DNA of 64,000 nucleotides from Campylobacterales bacterium (GTDB lineage Bacteria; Campylobacterota; Campylobacteria; Campylobacterales; UBA6016): NCBI GenBank assembly GCA_050252455.1, contig JBFWKW010000002.1, positions 43,063 to 107,062 of the forward strand, read 5' to 3'. Shown piece by piece: positions 55,060 to 64,000 of this stretch (position 1 is its first letter; each line of letters starts with the position of its first letter). The notes under the pieces were generated by a model. It saw only the letters and a program-made list of their open reading frames with translations, ran no database searches and was not told where the DNA came from. The position numbers and the translations under genes were made by a program.

Positions 55060-55935
55060 ATGAACTTCACCATTAGACAACTAGAAATATTTAAAGAGGT
55101 AGCCACAACCGGGCACGTAACAAATAGCTCGGAGGCTCTAGGCATCTCGCAATCCGCCATATCGATGGCGCTTCAAGAGCTAGAATCAAATTTAAAAACA
55201 AAGTTTTTTGAAAGAAGAAATAAAAAACTAATTCTAAATGAGAACGGCAGGTTGTTGCTTGAGAGGGCAAATAGACTGTTAAAAGAGTTTGAAGAGCTAG
55301 AAAATAGCTTTTTAGAGAATAACATAAGCGGGAAACTCAGAATAGGTGCAAGCCAGACTATAGGCGACTACATAATGCCTCAGCTGATTTATGCGTTTAT
55401 GCAAAAATATCCGGATGCAAAATGCGAACTTGTCGTAGCAAACACAAAAGACATACTTGCCCAACTAGACGGCGGCGAGATAGACATAGGCTTTATCGAG
55501 GGATTCGTAAGCGACTCAAAACTTGATAGCAAACACTGGAAAGACGATGAACTTTTGGTTATCGCATCTAATAAAAAGAAATTCTCAAAAGACGAATACA
55601 AATTGGATGAGTTGTCCAATCAAAAATGGATACTTAGAGAAAAAGGGTCTGGCACTAGGGCAATATTTGAAGACGGTTTGGGTGACGATTTTGCAAAACT
55701 AAATATCTTTTTAACACTCGGACATAACGAAGCAATCAAAAAAATAGTCGAGCAAAGCGACTCTATAACATGCATATCACGCCTTGCGGTTCAAAAAGAG
55801 ATTGACGAGGGCAAGCTGTTTGAAGTAAAAATGAAAAACTTTGTTTTTAAAAGAAAACTGCTTAGACTACTGCACAAAGAAAAATATCAAAGCAAACTAC
55901 TAAAAAGCTTTATGGAGTTTGCCGAAAAATTCTAG
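55060..55935 (+). CDS. LysR-family transcriptional regulator
   Basis: ORF 55018..55935 trimmed to ATG 55060. MNFTIRQLEIFKEVATTGHVTNSSEALGISQSAISMALQELE. Confidence 0.85.
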   Translation: MNFTIRQLEIFKEVATTGHVTNSSEALGISQSAISMALQELESNLKTKFFERRNKKLILNENGRLLLERANRLLKEFEELENSFLENNISGKLRIGASQTIGDYIMPQLIYAFMQKYPDAKCELVVANTKDILAQLDGGEIDIGFIEGFVSDSKLDSKHWKDDELLVIASNKKKFSKDEYKLDELSNQKWILREKGSGTRAIFEDGLGDDFAKLNIFLTLGHNEAIKKIVEQSDSITCISRLAVQKEIDEGKLFEVKMKNFVFKRKLLRLLHKEKYQSKLLKSFMEFAEKF

Positions 55936-55943
55936 GATACAAA

Positions 55944-57338
55944 ATGCTGCCCCTTTATAAAGAACTAGCCGCACTAGACTTGGCTGCGACGACAAAATAC
56001 AATATCTCACAAGAGATATTAATGGAGAATGCGGCAAGGGGCGTATATGATTTTCTAAAAGAACATGCACTAGAAAACAAAAAAATTCTCATAGTAACGG
56101 GCGGTGGCAACAACGGAGCCGACGGACTAGCCCTTGCTAGAATGTTGCCAAACGCATTTATTATGACCGCGGCTGAGCCAAAAAGCGAACTTTGCAAACT
56201 ACAGTTTGAAAGAGCTAAAAAATTGGGAATTCCTAGTGCCGCAACCATAGACGGATTTGAGATAATAATAGATGCAATACTTGGTAGCGGCATTTCAAAA
56301 CCTCTCGACGGCGAAATAAAAGCTTTAATAGAAAAACTCAATCAAGAAAAATCAATCAAAATTTCAATAGATATTCCAAGCGGCGTACGAGACGGGATGA
56401 GTGCTTGCGAGAGCACTTTTATCGCAAATTTTACGCTCACGATGGGGGCGCACAAGACCGCCTTATACCAAGACTACGCAAAAGATTTTGTCGGAAAAAT
56501 AGTCCTTAAAAACCTAGGACTCGATTCGCAAAAATATACCGACGGCTTCAAGCCTGACGGATATGTGCTAGACGAAGGCGACGTGATATTGCCGAGCAGA
56601 GCTAAAAAGAGTTGCCACAAAGGCGATTTCGGGCATTTATCCATAATATCCGGTGAAATGATAGGCGCCTCGGTCATAGCGGCAAAAGCTGCCGTGAGAA
56701 GCGGAATCGGACTTGTCACGATAACCGAGCGAGATATGATGTTAATATCAGAGCCGCAAATCATGCTATCTGTTCAACCTCCAAAGGGAGCCAACACGAT
56801 ATTGGTAGGTCAAGGGCTTGGCGGCTCATATTCCGACGATGAAATAATCTCTTTTATATCCACGGTACAAAGAGTCGTTATAGACGCTGATATATTCAAA
56901 AAAGAGTGCGTAAAAGATATTTTGGCGATGGATAAAAAGATAGTCCTGACCCCGCATCCAAAAGAGTTTTGCTCTCTTTGGGAAAAATGCACGGGCGAGG
57001 AGCTTGCCGTGGAGACACTCCAAAAAGACAGGTTTGGATATGCGCAAAAATTTACCGCAATCTATAAAGATAAAACGCTTGTTTTGAAGGGCTCAAATAC
57101 GATAATAGCCGAAAATGGGGAGCTATATGTCATGCCGCTCGGGTCTGCCTCTTTGGCAAAAGGGGGAAGCGGAGACGCTCTCGCCGGAGTGATAGCCTCC
57201 CTGCTTGCACAAGGGTACGAACCGCTCGAGGCGGCCAAAAACGGCTCTTTAATGATAGCTCTGTCGGCGGCAAACTACAAAGGGGCAAACTACTCTCTTA
57301 CGATAGAAGATTTATTGGAAGGGTTGAAGTGGCTCTAA
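55944..57338 (+). CDS. nnr: bifunctional NAD(P)H-hydrate repair enzyme (epimerase + ADP-dependent dehydratase)
   Basis: 464 aa. N-terminal YjeF_N (TGGGNNGADGLA). C-terminal carbohydrate-kinase-like (KG..T.I......GGSGD.LAG). Confidence 0.85.
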   Translation: MLPLYKELAALDLAATTKYNISQEILMENAARGVYDFLKEHALENKKILIVTGGGNNGADGLALARMLPNAFIMTAAEPKSELCKLQFERAKKLGIPSAATIDGFEIIIDAILGSGISKPLDGEIKALIEKLNQEKSIKISIDIPSGVRDGMSACESTFIANFTLTMGAHKTALYQDYAKDFVGKIVLKNLGLDSQKYTDGFKPDGYVLDEGDVILPSRAKKSCHKGDFGHLSIISGEMIGASVIAAKAAVRSGIGLVTITERDMMLISEPQIMLSVQPPKGANTILVGQGLGGSYSDDEIISFISTVQRVVIDADIFKKECVKDILAMDKKIVLTPHPKEFCSLWEKCTGEELAVETLQKDRFGYAQKFTAIYKDKTLVLKGSNTIIAENGELYVMPLGSASLAKGGSGDALAGVIASLLAQGYEPLEAAKNGSLMIALSAANYKGANYSLTIEDLLEGLKWL

Positions 57339-57889
57339 AAAAAATAGTCATACTCTTTAGCGGGCGCGGCTCAAATATGCAAAGTATCATAAAAAAACTG
57401 CACGGAAAAAGTGTGGACGTGGTAGCTGCCATCACGAACAATCCAAAAGCCGCCGGCATAGAAGCGGCCAAAAATCTCGGCGTCCACGTAGACATATTGC
57501 CGCACACGGAGTTTGCCTCCAGAGAGGAGTTTGACAAGGCGCTTGTAGAAAAAATAAAAGGGTATTCTCCTGAAATTACCGTCCTTGCCGGGTTTATGCG
57601 CATCCTAAGTACGGTCTTTACGGATAACGTCAAAGCAATAAATATCCATCCGTCGCTTCTGCCGCTATTTAAAGGCAAAGACGGGATACAAGAGAGTTTT
57701 CTTAGCGGAATGGACAAAGGGGGAGTTACGGTTCATTTTGTCACAAGCGAGATGGACGGCGGTGAAATAGTAATGCAAGAAAGTGTTGAGATACTAAAAG
57801 ACGACACCCTGGAAAGCTTCACCGATAGAGTTCACGCAATCGAGCACGAACTCTATCCGAAAGCGATATTAAAAGTTTTGGCTATTTAA
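57329..57889 (+). CDS. purN: phosphoribosylglycinamide formyltransferase
   Basis: 186 aa, GTG start. ILFSGRGSN, LAGFMRIL, NIHPSLLP.FKG, H.V....D.G.I. Confidence 0.85.
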   Translation: MALKKIVILFSGRGSNMQSIIKKLHGKSVDVVAAITNNPKAAGIEAAKNLGVHVDILPHTEFASREEFDKALVEKIKGYSPEITVLAGFMRILSTVFTDNVKAINIHPSLLPLFKGKDGIQESFLSGMDKGGVTVHFVTSEMDGGEIVMQESVEILKDDTLESFTDRVHAIEHELYPKAILKVLAI

Positions 57890-58478
57890 CCACCACCTCA
57901 ACTCTTCTATTTTTCGGATGCGGCACGCCATGCGGCGTTTTGACTAGCGGATTTGAGTCCGCATAGTAACGAACCTCTATTATCTCTTTACTCACGCCGT
58001 GTTTTATCAAATATCTAGCTGCCGATTCGGCTCTTTTTAGGGATAGCGCCATGTTATACTCTTTTTCGCCCAGGCTATCCGAGTGACCGGCGCAGACTAC
58101 AAGATTTGCCTTTTTGGCGGCAATCTCTTTTACCGCAGCATCCAGCATCCTTATACTCTCATCGTTAAGCTCCGCCGACTCCGCGCCAAAAAACAAAAAG
58201 TAAGTTAACGGCTTAGGAGGCATTGCCGAAATGGTATCTTTGTACTTGCCCATAACGGCCTTTTCGTCCGATACTTCACTTGAGGCGCTACCGTCTTTTT
58301 TTACTTCAAGCTTTTCCCATGCCTTATCTATCGTTACGCTTTTACCGCTTTTATCGACAAAAGCTATCTTGCCTACCTTTCCACCCTCTTCAGGCAACAG
58401 GGTTACCGTTGTTTTATCTGCACATCCGACCATAAACAGCAAGGCAAGAGGTGCAAGTAGTTTTTTATATATATTCAT
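57882..58478 (-). CDS. OmpA-family (peptidoglycan-associated) lipoprotein
   Basis: 198 aa. Lipobox FMVGC. C-terminal OmpA-like block GHSD..G...YN..LS..RA......L...G.......NRRVE. Confidence 0.8.
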   Translation of the reverse strand: MNIYKKLLAPLALLFMVGCADKTTVTLLPEEGGKVGKIAFVDKSGKSVTIDKAWEKLEVKKDGSASSEVSDEKAVMGKYKDTISAMPPKPLTYFLFFGAESAELNDESIRMLDAAVKEIAAKKANLVVCAGHSDSLGEKEYNMALSLKRAESAARYLIKHGVSKEIIEVRYYADSNPLVKTPHGVPHPKNRRVEVVVK

Positions 58479-58918
58479 TATTCGGCCTCTACCACAAAAT
58501 AGGTGCCGCGAATTCCTATGGTCGCCGTTTTTGATTCAACCTTCATAGATTCAGGGTTCATTTTGGCGATAAGCCCGGTCATACAGGCTATAGTCCCCTT
58601 GCCTATCTTGCCGACAAAGCTACCTTTTTTATCGCCCGGCTTAAACATATATTCTTTTACGGTAAATTCGGCATTTTGACCGACCGAAACAAGCGTATCG
58701 TCGCTAAATATAAGACCTGCGGAGCCGCCCTGCCCCGTCTTTATTGTATCGCTCTCAAAAAACTTTTCCCCAACCTTTGGAGTTGAAGAATTCTTGCCGT
58801 TTTTTATGATTTTTACGTCACCGCCTACACTCTTGAATATCCCTGCCGCCTCGGCTGCAAAGGACATATACATCATCGAACTTGCGATAAAAAGTAATAG
58901 CGCTTTCATTTTTGCCAC
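58478..58918 (-). CDS. secreted FecR-domain protein
   Basis: 146 aa. Signal peptide. G.VKI.......A.VG......D.I.T...G.AGLIFSD.TLV.VG.N fits the FecR-domain pattern. 1-nt overlap with the downstream OmpA-like gene. Confidence 0.6.
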   Translation of the reverse strand: MAKMKALLLFIASSMMYMSFAAEAAGIFKSVGGDVKIIKNGKNSSTPKVGEKFFESDTIKTGQGGSAGLIFSDDTLVSVGQNAEFTVKEYMFKPGDKKGSFVGKIGKGTIACMTGLIAKMNPESMKVESKTATIGIRGTYFVVEAE

Positions 58919-59056
58919 CTTTGATTAGGTTATTATGATTTATTATACCCAAAAAACGAAATACAATACGGTCACGAAAATGCCACGTTTTTATATTGCA
59001 CGTCATAATCCATCTTTTTATACAATTATCCAAGCAAATCAATCAAGGAATAATAT

Positions 59057-59836
59057 ATGAGCGACATACTAAAAATAGGTCAACTAGAACTCAAAAGCCG
59101 CCTAATAGTAGGTAGTGGCAAATATCCGGACTTCAAAACTACGAGAGAAGCGACACTGGCGAGCGGGAGCGAGATGATAACCGTGGCCGTCAGACGCGTA
59201 AACATCATGAACAAAGACGAAGAAAATCTAATGGATTATTTCAAAGACACGGATGTGAAGCTACTGCCAAACTCAGCCGGGTGCAAGACTGCAGATGAAG
59301 CAATCACGCTATTTCGTCTAGTGCGTGAGGCAACCGGCATCACCACTATCAAGCTTGAATGCATCGGCGACTACGACAAGACACTATATCCGGACGTCAT
59401 CGAGACGCTTGCCGCTACGGAAGTACTGGCGCGTGAGGGCTTCACAGTATTTGCGTACACCAACGACGATCCGATAATGGCAAAACGGCTTGAAAATGCG
59501 GGAGCCGCAGCCGTAATGCCTCTAGCTGCACCAATAGGAAGCGGGCTTGGCGTACAAAATAGATACAACATAGTGTTTATCAAAGAGGCTATCAAAGTCC
59601 CTGTCATTGTGGATGCTGGCGTCGGATGTGCCAGTGACGCGGCAATAGCGATGGAGCTAGGGGCGGACGCGGTGCTGACAAATACGGCGATAGCGCAAGC
59701 GCAAAATCCCGTAATGATGGCTGAGGCTATGAAACACGCAGTAATGGCGGGTAGAATGGGCTTTTTGGCGGGAAGAATAGCCAAAAAACCGTATGCTTCG
59801 GCAAGCTCGCCGATGAACGGGCTGATACAGTTTTAA
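59057..59836 (+). CDS. thiG: thiazole synthase
   Basis: 259 aa. [53 protein letters not shown]. Confidence 0.9.
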   Translation: MSDILKIGQLELKSRLIVGSGKYPDFKTTREATLASGSEMITVAVRRVNIMNKDEENLMDYFKDTDVKLLPNSAGCKTADEAITLFRLVREATGITTIKLECIGDYDKTLYPDVIETLAATEVLAREGFTVFAYTNDDPIMAKRLENAGAAAVMPLAAPIGSGLGVQNRYNIVFIKEAIKVPVIVDAGVGCASDAAIAMELGADAVLTNTAIAQAQNPVMMAEAMKHAVMAGRMGFLAGRIAKKPYASASSPMNGLIQF

Positions 59837-59888
59837 CGCCCTTTTGGGTAGAATACGCCATAAAATTTATGCAGGAGAGGCAGAAAAT

Positions 59889-60410
59889 ATGGATTTATCA
59901 AAAATAGAAATCGGTAGCAATCCGGACGGCATCAACGTAGTAATCGAAATACCTTACGGCACAAACATCAAATACGAAATAGACAAAGAAAGCGGCGCGG
60001 TAGTCGTAGATAGAGTAATGTACTCTGCGATGTTCTACCCTGCAAACTACGGTTTTGTGGCGAACACACTATCAAACGACGGCGACCCTGCGGATGTACT
60101 AGTACTCAACGAATACCCGCTTCAAGCAGGCTGTGTAATCAAATGTAGACTTATAGGCGTTCTTATCATGGAAGACGAAAGCGGAATGGACGAGAAACTT
60201 CTAGCCGTGCCTGTAAAAAAACTAGACCCAAGATATGAAAACATCAAATCAATCGACGATTTGCCAAAAATCACGGTAGACAGAATCAAAAACTTCTTTG
60301 AAACATACAAAATGCTTGAACCAAACAAATGGGTAAAAGTAAAAGGTTTTGAAGACCTAGCATCTGCTACAAAAATCCTTGACGACGCAATAAAAGCGTA
60401 TAACAAATAA
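59889..60410 (+). CDS. ppa: inorganic pyrophosphatase
   Basis: ORF 59844..60410 trimmed to ATG 59889. IEIP....KYE.DKESG...VDR, YP.NYGF...TL..DGDP.DVLV. Confidence 0.9.
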   Translation: MDLSKIEIGSNPDGINVVIEIPYGTNIKYEIDKESGAVVVDRVMYSAMFYPANYGFVANTLSNDGDPADVLVLNEYPLQAGCVIKCRLIGVLIMEDESGMDEKLLAVPVKKLDPRYENIKSIDDLPKITVDRIKNFFETYKMLEPNKWVKVKGFEDLASATKILDDAIKAYNK

Positions 60411-60480
60411 GTACGTTAAGACGGGTAAAGCTCGTCTTGCTACGCTAGCCGCTTTAAGCGGCAGAAAATTAGGAATTACA

Positions 60481-60942
60481 ATGTTCAAAGAGTTTAGAGA
60501 GTTTGCAATCAAAGGCAATGCCGTCGATATGGCGGTCGGTATTATCATCGGTGCGGCATTCGGTGCTATCGTAAACTCTCTAGTCGCGGACATCATCACC
60601 CCTCCCATAGCCCTTATCATGGGGAGCGTAGACTTCTCAAACCAGTTTTTTATCCTCAAAGATACAAATGGCGCAGGCATTTATCACACATTGGCGGAAG
60701 CAAAAAAAGCGGGAGCCGTGACGCTAAATTACGGATTATTTTTAAACGTACTAATTAACTTCGTTATCGTAGCTTTTGCAACATTTTTTCTCGTTAGGAC
60801 AATAAATAAACTAAGACGGCAAATAGAAGAAAATAAAAGCGTTGAACAAGGTCAACCCACAACCAAAACCTGTCCGTACTGTAAAAGCGAAGTGCATATA
60901 GAAGCGGTAAAATGCCCGCATTGCACATCAGCCATCCAGTAA
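60481..60942 (+). CDS. mscL: large-conductance mechanosensitive channel with C-terminal CxxC...CxxC extension
   Basis: 153 aa. [41 protein letters not shown] is the MscL signature. Tail is C131-PY-C134...C145-PH-C148. Confidence 0.85.
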   Translation: MFKEFREFAIKGNAVDMAVGIIIGAAFGAIVNSLVADIITPPIALIMGSVDFSNQFFILKDTNGAGIYHTLAEAKKAGAVTLNYGLFLNVLINFVIVAFATFFLVRTINKLRRQIEENKSVEQGQPTTKTCPYCKSEVHIEAVKCPHCTSAIQ

Positions 60943-60983
60943 AATCACCCCAAAATCCACACCAATAACCACAAGGAACCAAT

Positions 60984-62270
60984 TTGTCTTTTTCACAATT
61001 AAAACTATGCCCCGAAATCCTAAAAGCAATAAAAGACGAAGGATATGAGACACCGACTCCGGTACAGGCACAGGCTATTCCGTATATATTAGAGGGACGC
61101 GACATGCTAGCCGGGGCGCAGACGGGTACCGGCAAAACGGCTGGTTTTACTCTGCCTATGCTAGAAATTTTATCCAAAACCCCTCCCGCAAAACCAAAAA
61201 GACGTATCCGTGCGCTCATCCTAACCCCTACACGCGAGCTAGCCGCACAAGTAGGCGAGAGCGTCAAAACATACGGTAAATATCTAACCCTCAAAAGCAC
61301 GATAATATTCGGCGGTGTCGGCATCAATCCGCAAATCACGGCGCTCAAAAACGGCGTAGATATCCTTATCGCAACACCGGGGCGTCTACTCGACCATGTA
61401 GGACAAGGGACGGTGGATCTTGGCGGGGTGGAGATATTTGTTCTTGATGAAGCGGATAGAATGCTGGATATGGGCTTTATCAAAGATATCAAAAGGGTTA
61501 TCGAAAAGTTGCCGAAAAAAAGACAAAACCTCCTCTTTTCGGCAACCTACTCTGATGAGATAAAGGCTCTGGCAAATAGCCTACTCAAAAACCCAGCGGA
61601 GGTGGAAGTGGCTAGACGCAATACCTCAAGCGAGCTAGTAGCGCAAAGCGTGTATCTAGTCGATTGCAAACGCAAAAGCGCACTACTTCTAAAACTAATC
61701 ACGGACAACAAATGGGAGCAAGTGCTAGTTTTTACGAGGACAAAGCACGGCGCCAATAAACTCAGCGAATACCTAGAAAAATCCAAAATCAGCTCCGCCG
61801 CAATACACGGAAATAAAAGCCAAGGGGCCAGAACAAAGGCTTTGGATGATTTTAAGAAGGGGAAAGTAAAAGTGCTAGTCGCCACAGACATAGCGGCACG
61901 TGGCATAGACATAGATGCATTGCCGCACGTAGTCAACTTCGAGCTACCGAATATTTCGGAAGACTATGTCCACAGAATAGGTAGAACGGGGCGTGCAGGA
62001 TGCGAAGGTGAAGCCGTATCACTGGTATGCGTGGACGAAGCAGAGTACCTCAAGGGGATAGAAAAACTAATCAAAAAAGAGATACCAAAGCGCATCATGG
62101 AAGGTTTCGAGCCGGATCCGCTTATAAAAGCAGAGCCTATCTCAAGAGGCGGCGGCAACAGAGGCGGCAATACTTCTGGTCGAGGGTCAAATACAAATAA
62201 CCGTGGAAATAGAAATGAACGTCCGCAAACCGGACATAAAAAAGATGGGGACAAGCGTGGCAGGAGATAG
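60984..62270 (+). CDS. DEAD-box ATP-dependent RNA helicase (RhlE-like) with basic G/R/N-rich tail
   Basis: 428 aa, TTG start. Q-motif [17 protein letters not shown] ([10 protein letters not shown]), [13 protein letters not shown]. Confidence 0.9.
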   Translation: MSFSQLKLCPEILKAIKDEGYETPTPVQAQAIPYILEGRDMLAGAQTGTGKTAGFTLPMLEILSKTPPAKPKRRIRALILTPTRELAAQVGESVKTYGKYLTLKSTIIFGGVGINPQITALKNGVDILIATPGRLLDHVGQGTVDLGGVEIFVLDEADRMLDMGFIKDIKRVIEKLPKKRQNLLFSATYSDEIKALANSLLKNPAEVEVARRNTSSELVAQSVYLVDCKRKSALLLKLITDNKWEQVLVFTRTKHGANKLSEYLEKSKISSAAIHGNKSQGARTKALDDFKKGKVKVLVATDIAARGIDIDALPHVVNFELPNISEDYVHRIGRTGRAGCEGEAVSLVCVDEAEYLKGIEKLIKKEIPKRIMEGFEPDPLIKAEPISRGGGNRGGNTSGRGSNTNNRGNRNERPQTGHKKDGDKRGRR

Positions 62271-62451
62271 ACGGATAGACATAAGAGCCGGGCTGAAGGT
62301 GCGTATAGTACTCAAGGCCGACCAAAGAACTGGCAAACTAACGGAAGGTGTAGTCAAAGACATACTCACAAACTCCCCTACCCATCCGCACGGTATAAAA
62401 GTGCGGCTAATGAGCGGTGAAGTCGGACGAGTCAAAGAAATAGCGCAATAA
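62245..62451 (+). CDS. YwbE/DUF2196-family small protein
   Basis: ORF 62203..62451 trimmed to ATG 62245 (68 aa). [45 protein letters not shown] is the family signature. Overlaps the helicase 3' end by 26 nt. Confidence 0.7.
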   Translation: MGTSVAGDRRIDIRAGLKVRIVLKADQRTGKLTEGVVKDILTNSPTHPHGIKVRLMSGEVGRVKEIAQ

Positions 62452-62536
62452 ATGACAATATTACGTTTTTCTTAACTTTATATTTATTCTCCCTTATATA
62501 TAATCAATTTATAATATTATTAAAAGATGTATATAC

Positions 62537-63175
62537 ATGTTAATAAACTGGCACGATAGCTACAGCATCCACAACACAAAAATCGACAATCAACATAAAA
62601 AACTTTTTGAACTTGCCAAAAAAGCCTCTCTAATGGGGGGCAAATATGCTTCCAGAGAAGAGATAAGAGAGATATTGGCTGAATTTTTTGAGTATATGAA
62701 AGTTCATTTTGCTGACGAAGAGGCATATATGGAGTCTATAGACTACCCTCTTTTGGGCGACCACAGAGAGCTACACAAGCACATTGTCAAAGAGCTTGCG
62801 GCAACAATTTTGCAAATAAAAAACGTTAACGAGATGAAAGAGAAACTTGGCGTCATAGCCCAAGAGTGGTTGCTAGACCATATATTACACCATGATATGC
62901 TCATAGAAAAATACAGGATGAGAAGCATACTGGATGAAAAAAACGGTACAAAAGAGCAAAAAACCCATTCAAGCATAGCAAAAGAAGAGCAACAAGAGGA
63001 TAGCCAGCCGACCAAAAAACAGGATGGGTACTATTATTCTTGCGGCTGCGAGGGAAAAGTACATGCGATACCAAAAAATGCCCACAACGATATACAAAAA
63101 AAAGGGCTCTCGTATAAGTGCAAAAAATGTGGGCAAACCATAGTATACACTGGGCATTTTTACTTTGCCCAGTAG
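62537..63175 (+). CDS. bacteriohemerythrin-like protein with C-terminal Cys-rich extension
   Basis: 212 aa. W...YS.....ID.QHK.LF, HF..EE..M, H...H and W...HI...D are hemerythrin iron-ligand blocks. Tail is C169-G-C171...C195-KK-C198. Confidence 0.75.
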   Translation: MLINWHDSYSIHNTKIDNQHKKLFELAKKASLMGGKYASREEIREILAEFFEYMKVHFADEEAYMESIDYPLLGDHRELHKHIVKELAATILQIKNVNEMKEKLGVIAQEWLLDHILHHDMLIEKYRMRSILDEKNGTKEQKTHSSIAKEEQQEDSQPTKKQDGYYYSCGCEGKVHAIPKNAHNDIQKKGLSYKCKKCGQTIVYTGHFYFAQ

Positions 63176-63940
63176 CTACTCGGCCATCTTATAGAGCCCC
63201 ATAATGATTTCAAACGCAATGAGCCAGATGATTATCCACTCTAAAAATTCACTTTTTTTGTGATTTAGTATATCCGTCAAGAACATTATGTCGTATTTTA
63301 AAAGACCCAGCTTAAATTCGACTATCTCGAATCTCTCTTTTAGCTCAAAAAATACCGACAGGTCATTATAAAGTCTCTCCGCAGTCTCGTCATCCCAAAG
63401 TATGTTAGGCTTATCGAGAAGATGCATATCGACGATAATCTCATGACGCAAAAGCGCCAAAGAACTTGCCAACTCTATCAGAGACTTTCGCTTGCCAAAG
63501 TATCCTTTTTCACGTCTACTGAGTAAGCTCTTACTTGTAGTTAGTTTTCTATCCAGTACCGTTTCGTATTTTTCGAGTCCTACGCTCTGAGAGGCTATAA
63601 GTGCAGCGACAAAAAGAAGCGAATCGCTAAAAGAGCGTATCAACAATTTCTCGTTTGTTACCCTAAACTCGCTCGTAAGCTCGGCGCACTCTTCTATCTT
63701 ATAATCTTGATTGATATGCCCAAGCTTAAGCATCCCGCCGAGAGGCGCTATAAACTCGTATATTTCATCTTTTGTGAAACCCAAAAACGCAAAGCATCCA
63801 AACACGGTAAAAAATAGATACTTATCGCCAACCTTGGCATAAAAGGCTTTTTCCAAGACACGCTCAAAACGGACTCCGAGACGAAGCTCTATCTCCTCTT
63901 TTTGCGGGGATTTTTCCAAATGGTAAGCGTATAGTTCCAT
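63176..63940 (-). CDS. RMD1/DUF155-family protein
   Basis: 254 aa. C-terminal pattern LDKP..LWD......LY..L...FE...R......KL......L...L.......LEWIIIWLIAFEI, including one terminal TM helix. Confidence 0.55.
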   Translation of the reverse strand: MELYAYHLEKSPQKEEIELRLGVRFERVLEKAFYAKVGDKYLFFTVFGCFAFLGFTKDEIYEFIAPLGGMLKLGHINQDYKIEECAELTSEFRVTNEKLLIRSFSDSLLFVAALIASQSVGLEKYETVLDRKLTTSKSLLSRREKGYFGKRKSLIELASSLALLRHEIIVDMHLLDKPNILWDDETAERLYNDLSVFFELKERFEIVEFKLGLLKYDIMFLTDILNHKKSEFLEWIIIWLIAFEIIMGLYKMAE

Positions 63941-64000
63941 GACTTTGCCCCCTAGTTATTTTGGAAGTAGTTTTCTATCCCCTCCATTATACCTTTTGCA

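Noticed and set aside
58919-59056. TPP riboswitch upstream of thiG
   Set aside because: No CUGAGA or ACCUGAUCUGGAUAAUGCCAGCG-like conserved elements are found. The region is just AT-rich promoter-like DNA.
60418-60462. Two short hairpins after ppa (AAGACG...CGTCTT and GCCGC-TTTAA-GCGGC) as a rho-independent terminator
   Set aside because: No U-tract follows either stem. This is plausible but unsupported.
60794-61492. 232-aa minus-strand ORF antisense to mscL and the DEAD-box helicase
   Set aside because: It spans two well-supported sense genes and the intergenic region between them, and has no supporting motif.
1-64000. CRISPR arrays, rRNA genes and phase-variable homopolymeric G/C tracts
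   Set aside because: No regularly spaced repeats were seen. The longest G or C runs noticed are about 6 nt (for example 16923-16928, 46993-46998, 62635-62640), which is shorter than the tracts of 8 or more that drive phase variation in Campylobacter.

Overview
This window reads as a Campylobacter-type (Campylobacterota) chromosome segment. That assignment is an inference from protein sequences (RibH, ClpP, Tig, FliI, PdxA/J) and from the def-clpP-tig / folE-fliI arrangement. No database search was possible.

The window has three parts.

(1) 1-32.5 kb looks accessory.
- A minus-strand run encodes hydrolases, secreted proteins and an AHL-type LuxR solo.
- It also holds a Vat-like acetyltransferase, tag, a HepT/MntA toxin-antitoxin pair and an AT-rich standalone SIR2-like gene.
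- A redox/xenobiotic cluster contains HxlR, MdaB, an Fe-ADH, two nitroreductases, Ogt, a cytochrome c peroxidase, a Crp/Fnr regulator, a GNAT, a PNPOx-like protein and an arylamine N-acetyltransferase.
- Further along are a TonB-dependent receptor, an MCP and queE.
- A tightly coupled 4-gene operon follows: a MoxR-like AAA+ ATPase, a DUF2201-like VWA protein and two unknown proteins.

(2) 32.55-37.65 kb is an AT-rich integrative element of about 5 kb at tRNA-Ser(GCT).
- It carries a P4-type integrase, an AlpA-like gene, a two-tyrosine rolling-circle Rep and an RHH protein.
- Its cargo is two genes, a 291-aa soluble protein and a 170-aa multi-pass membrane protein. I cannot assign either to any family.

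(3) 37.7-64 kb is core housekeeping: pyrF-nusB-ribH, pdxA-pdxJ, ppx, ilvIH, lpxD, comM, def, clpP, tig, folE, fliI, mqn-type radical SAM, nnr, purN, thiG, ppa, mscL, a DEAD-box helicase and a hemerythrin.

No rRNA, CRISPR array or long homopolymeric phase-variation tract was seen.

The best candidates for something undescribed are:
- the island cargo pair;
- the MoxR/VWA 4-gene operon;
- the orphan SIR2-like gene next to HepT/MntA.

All functional calls rest on motifs read directly from the translations. Homology claims need an HMM or BLAST check.
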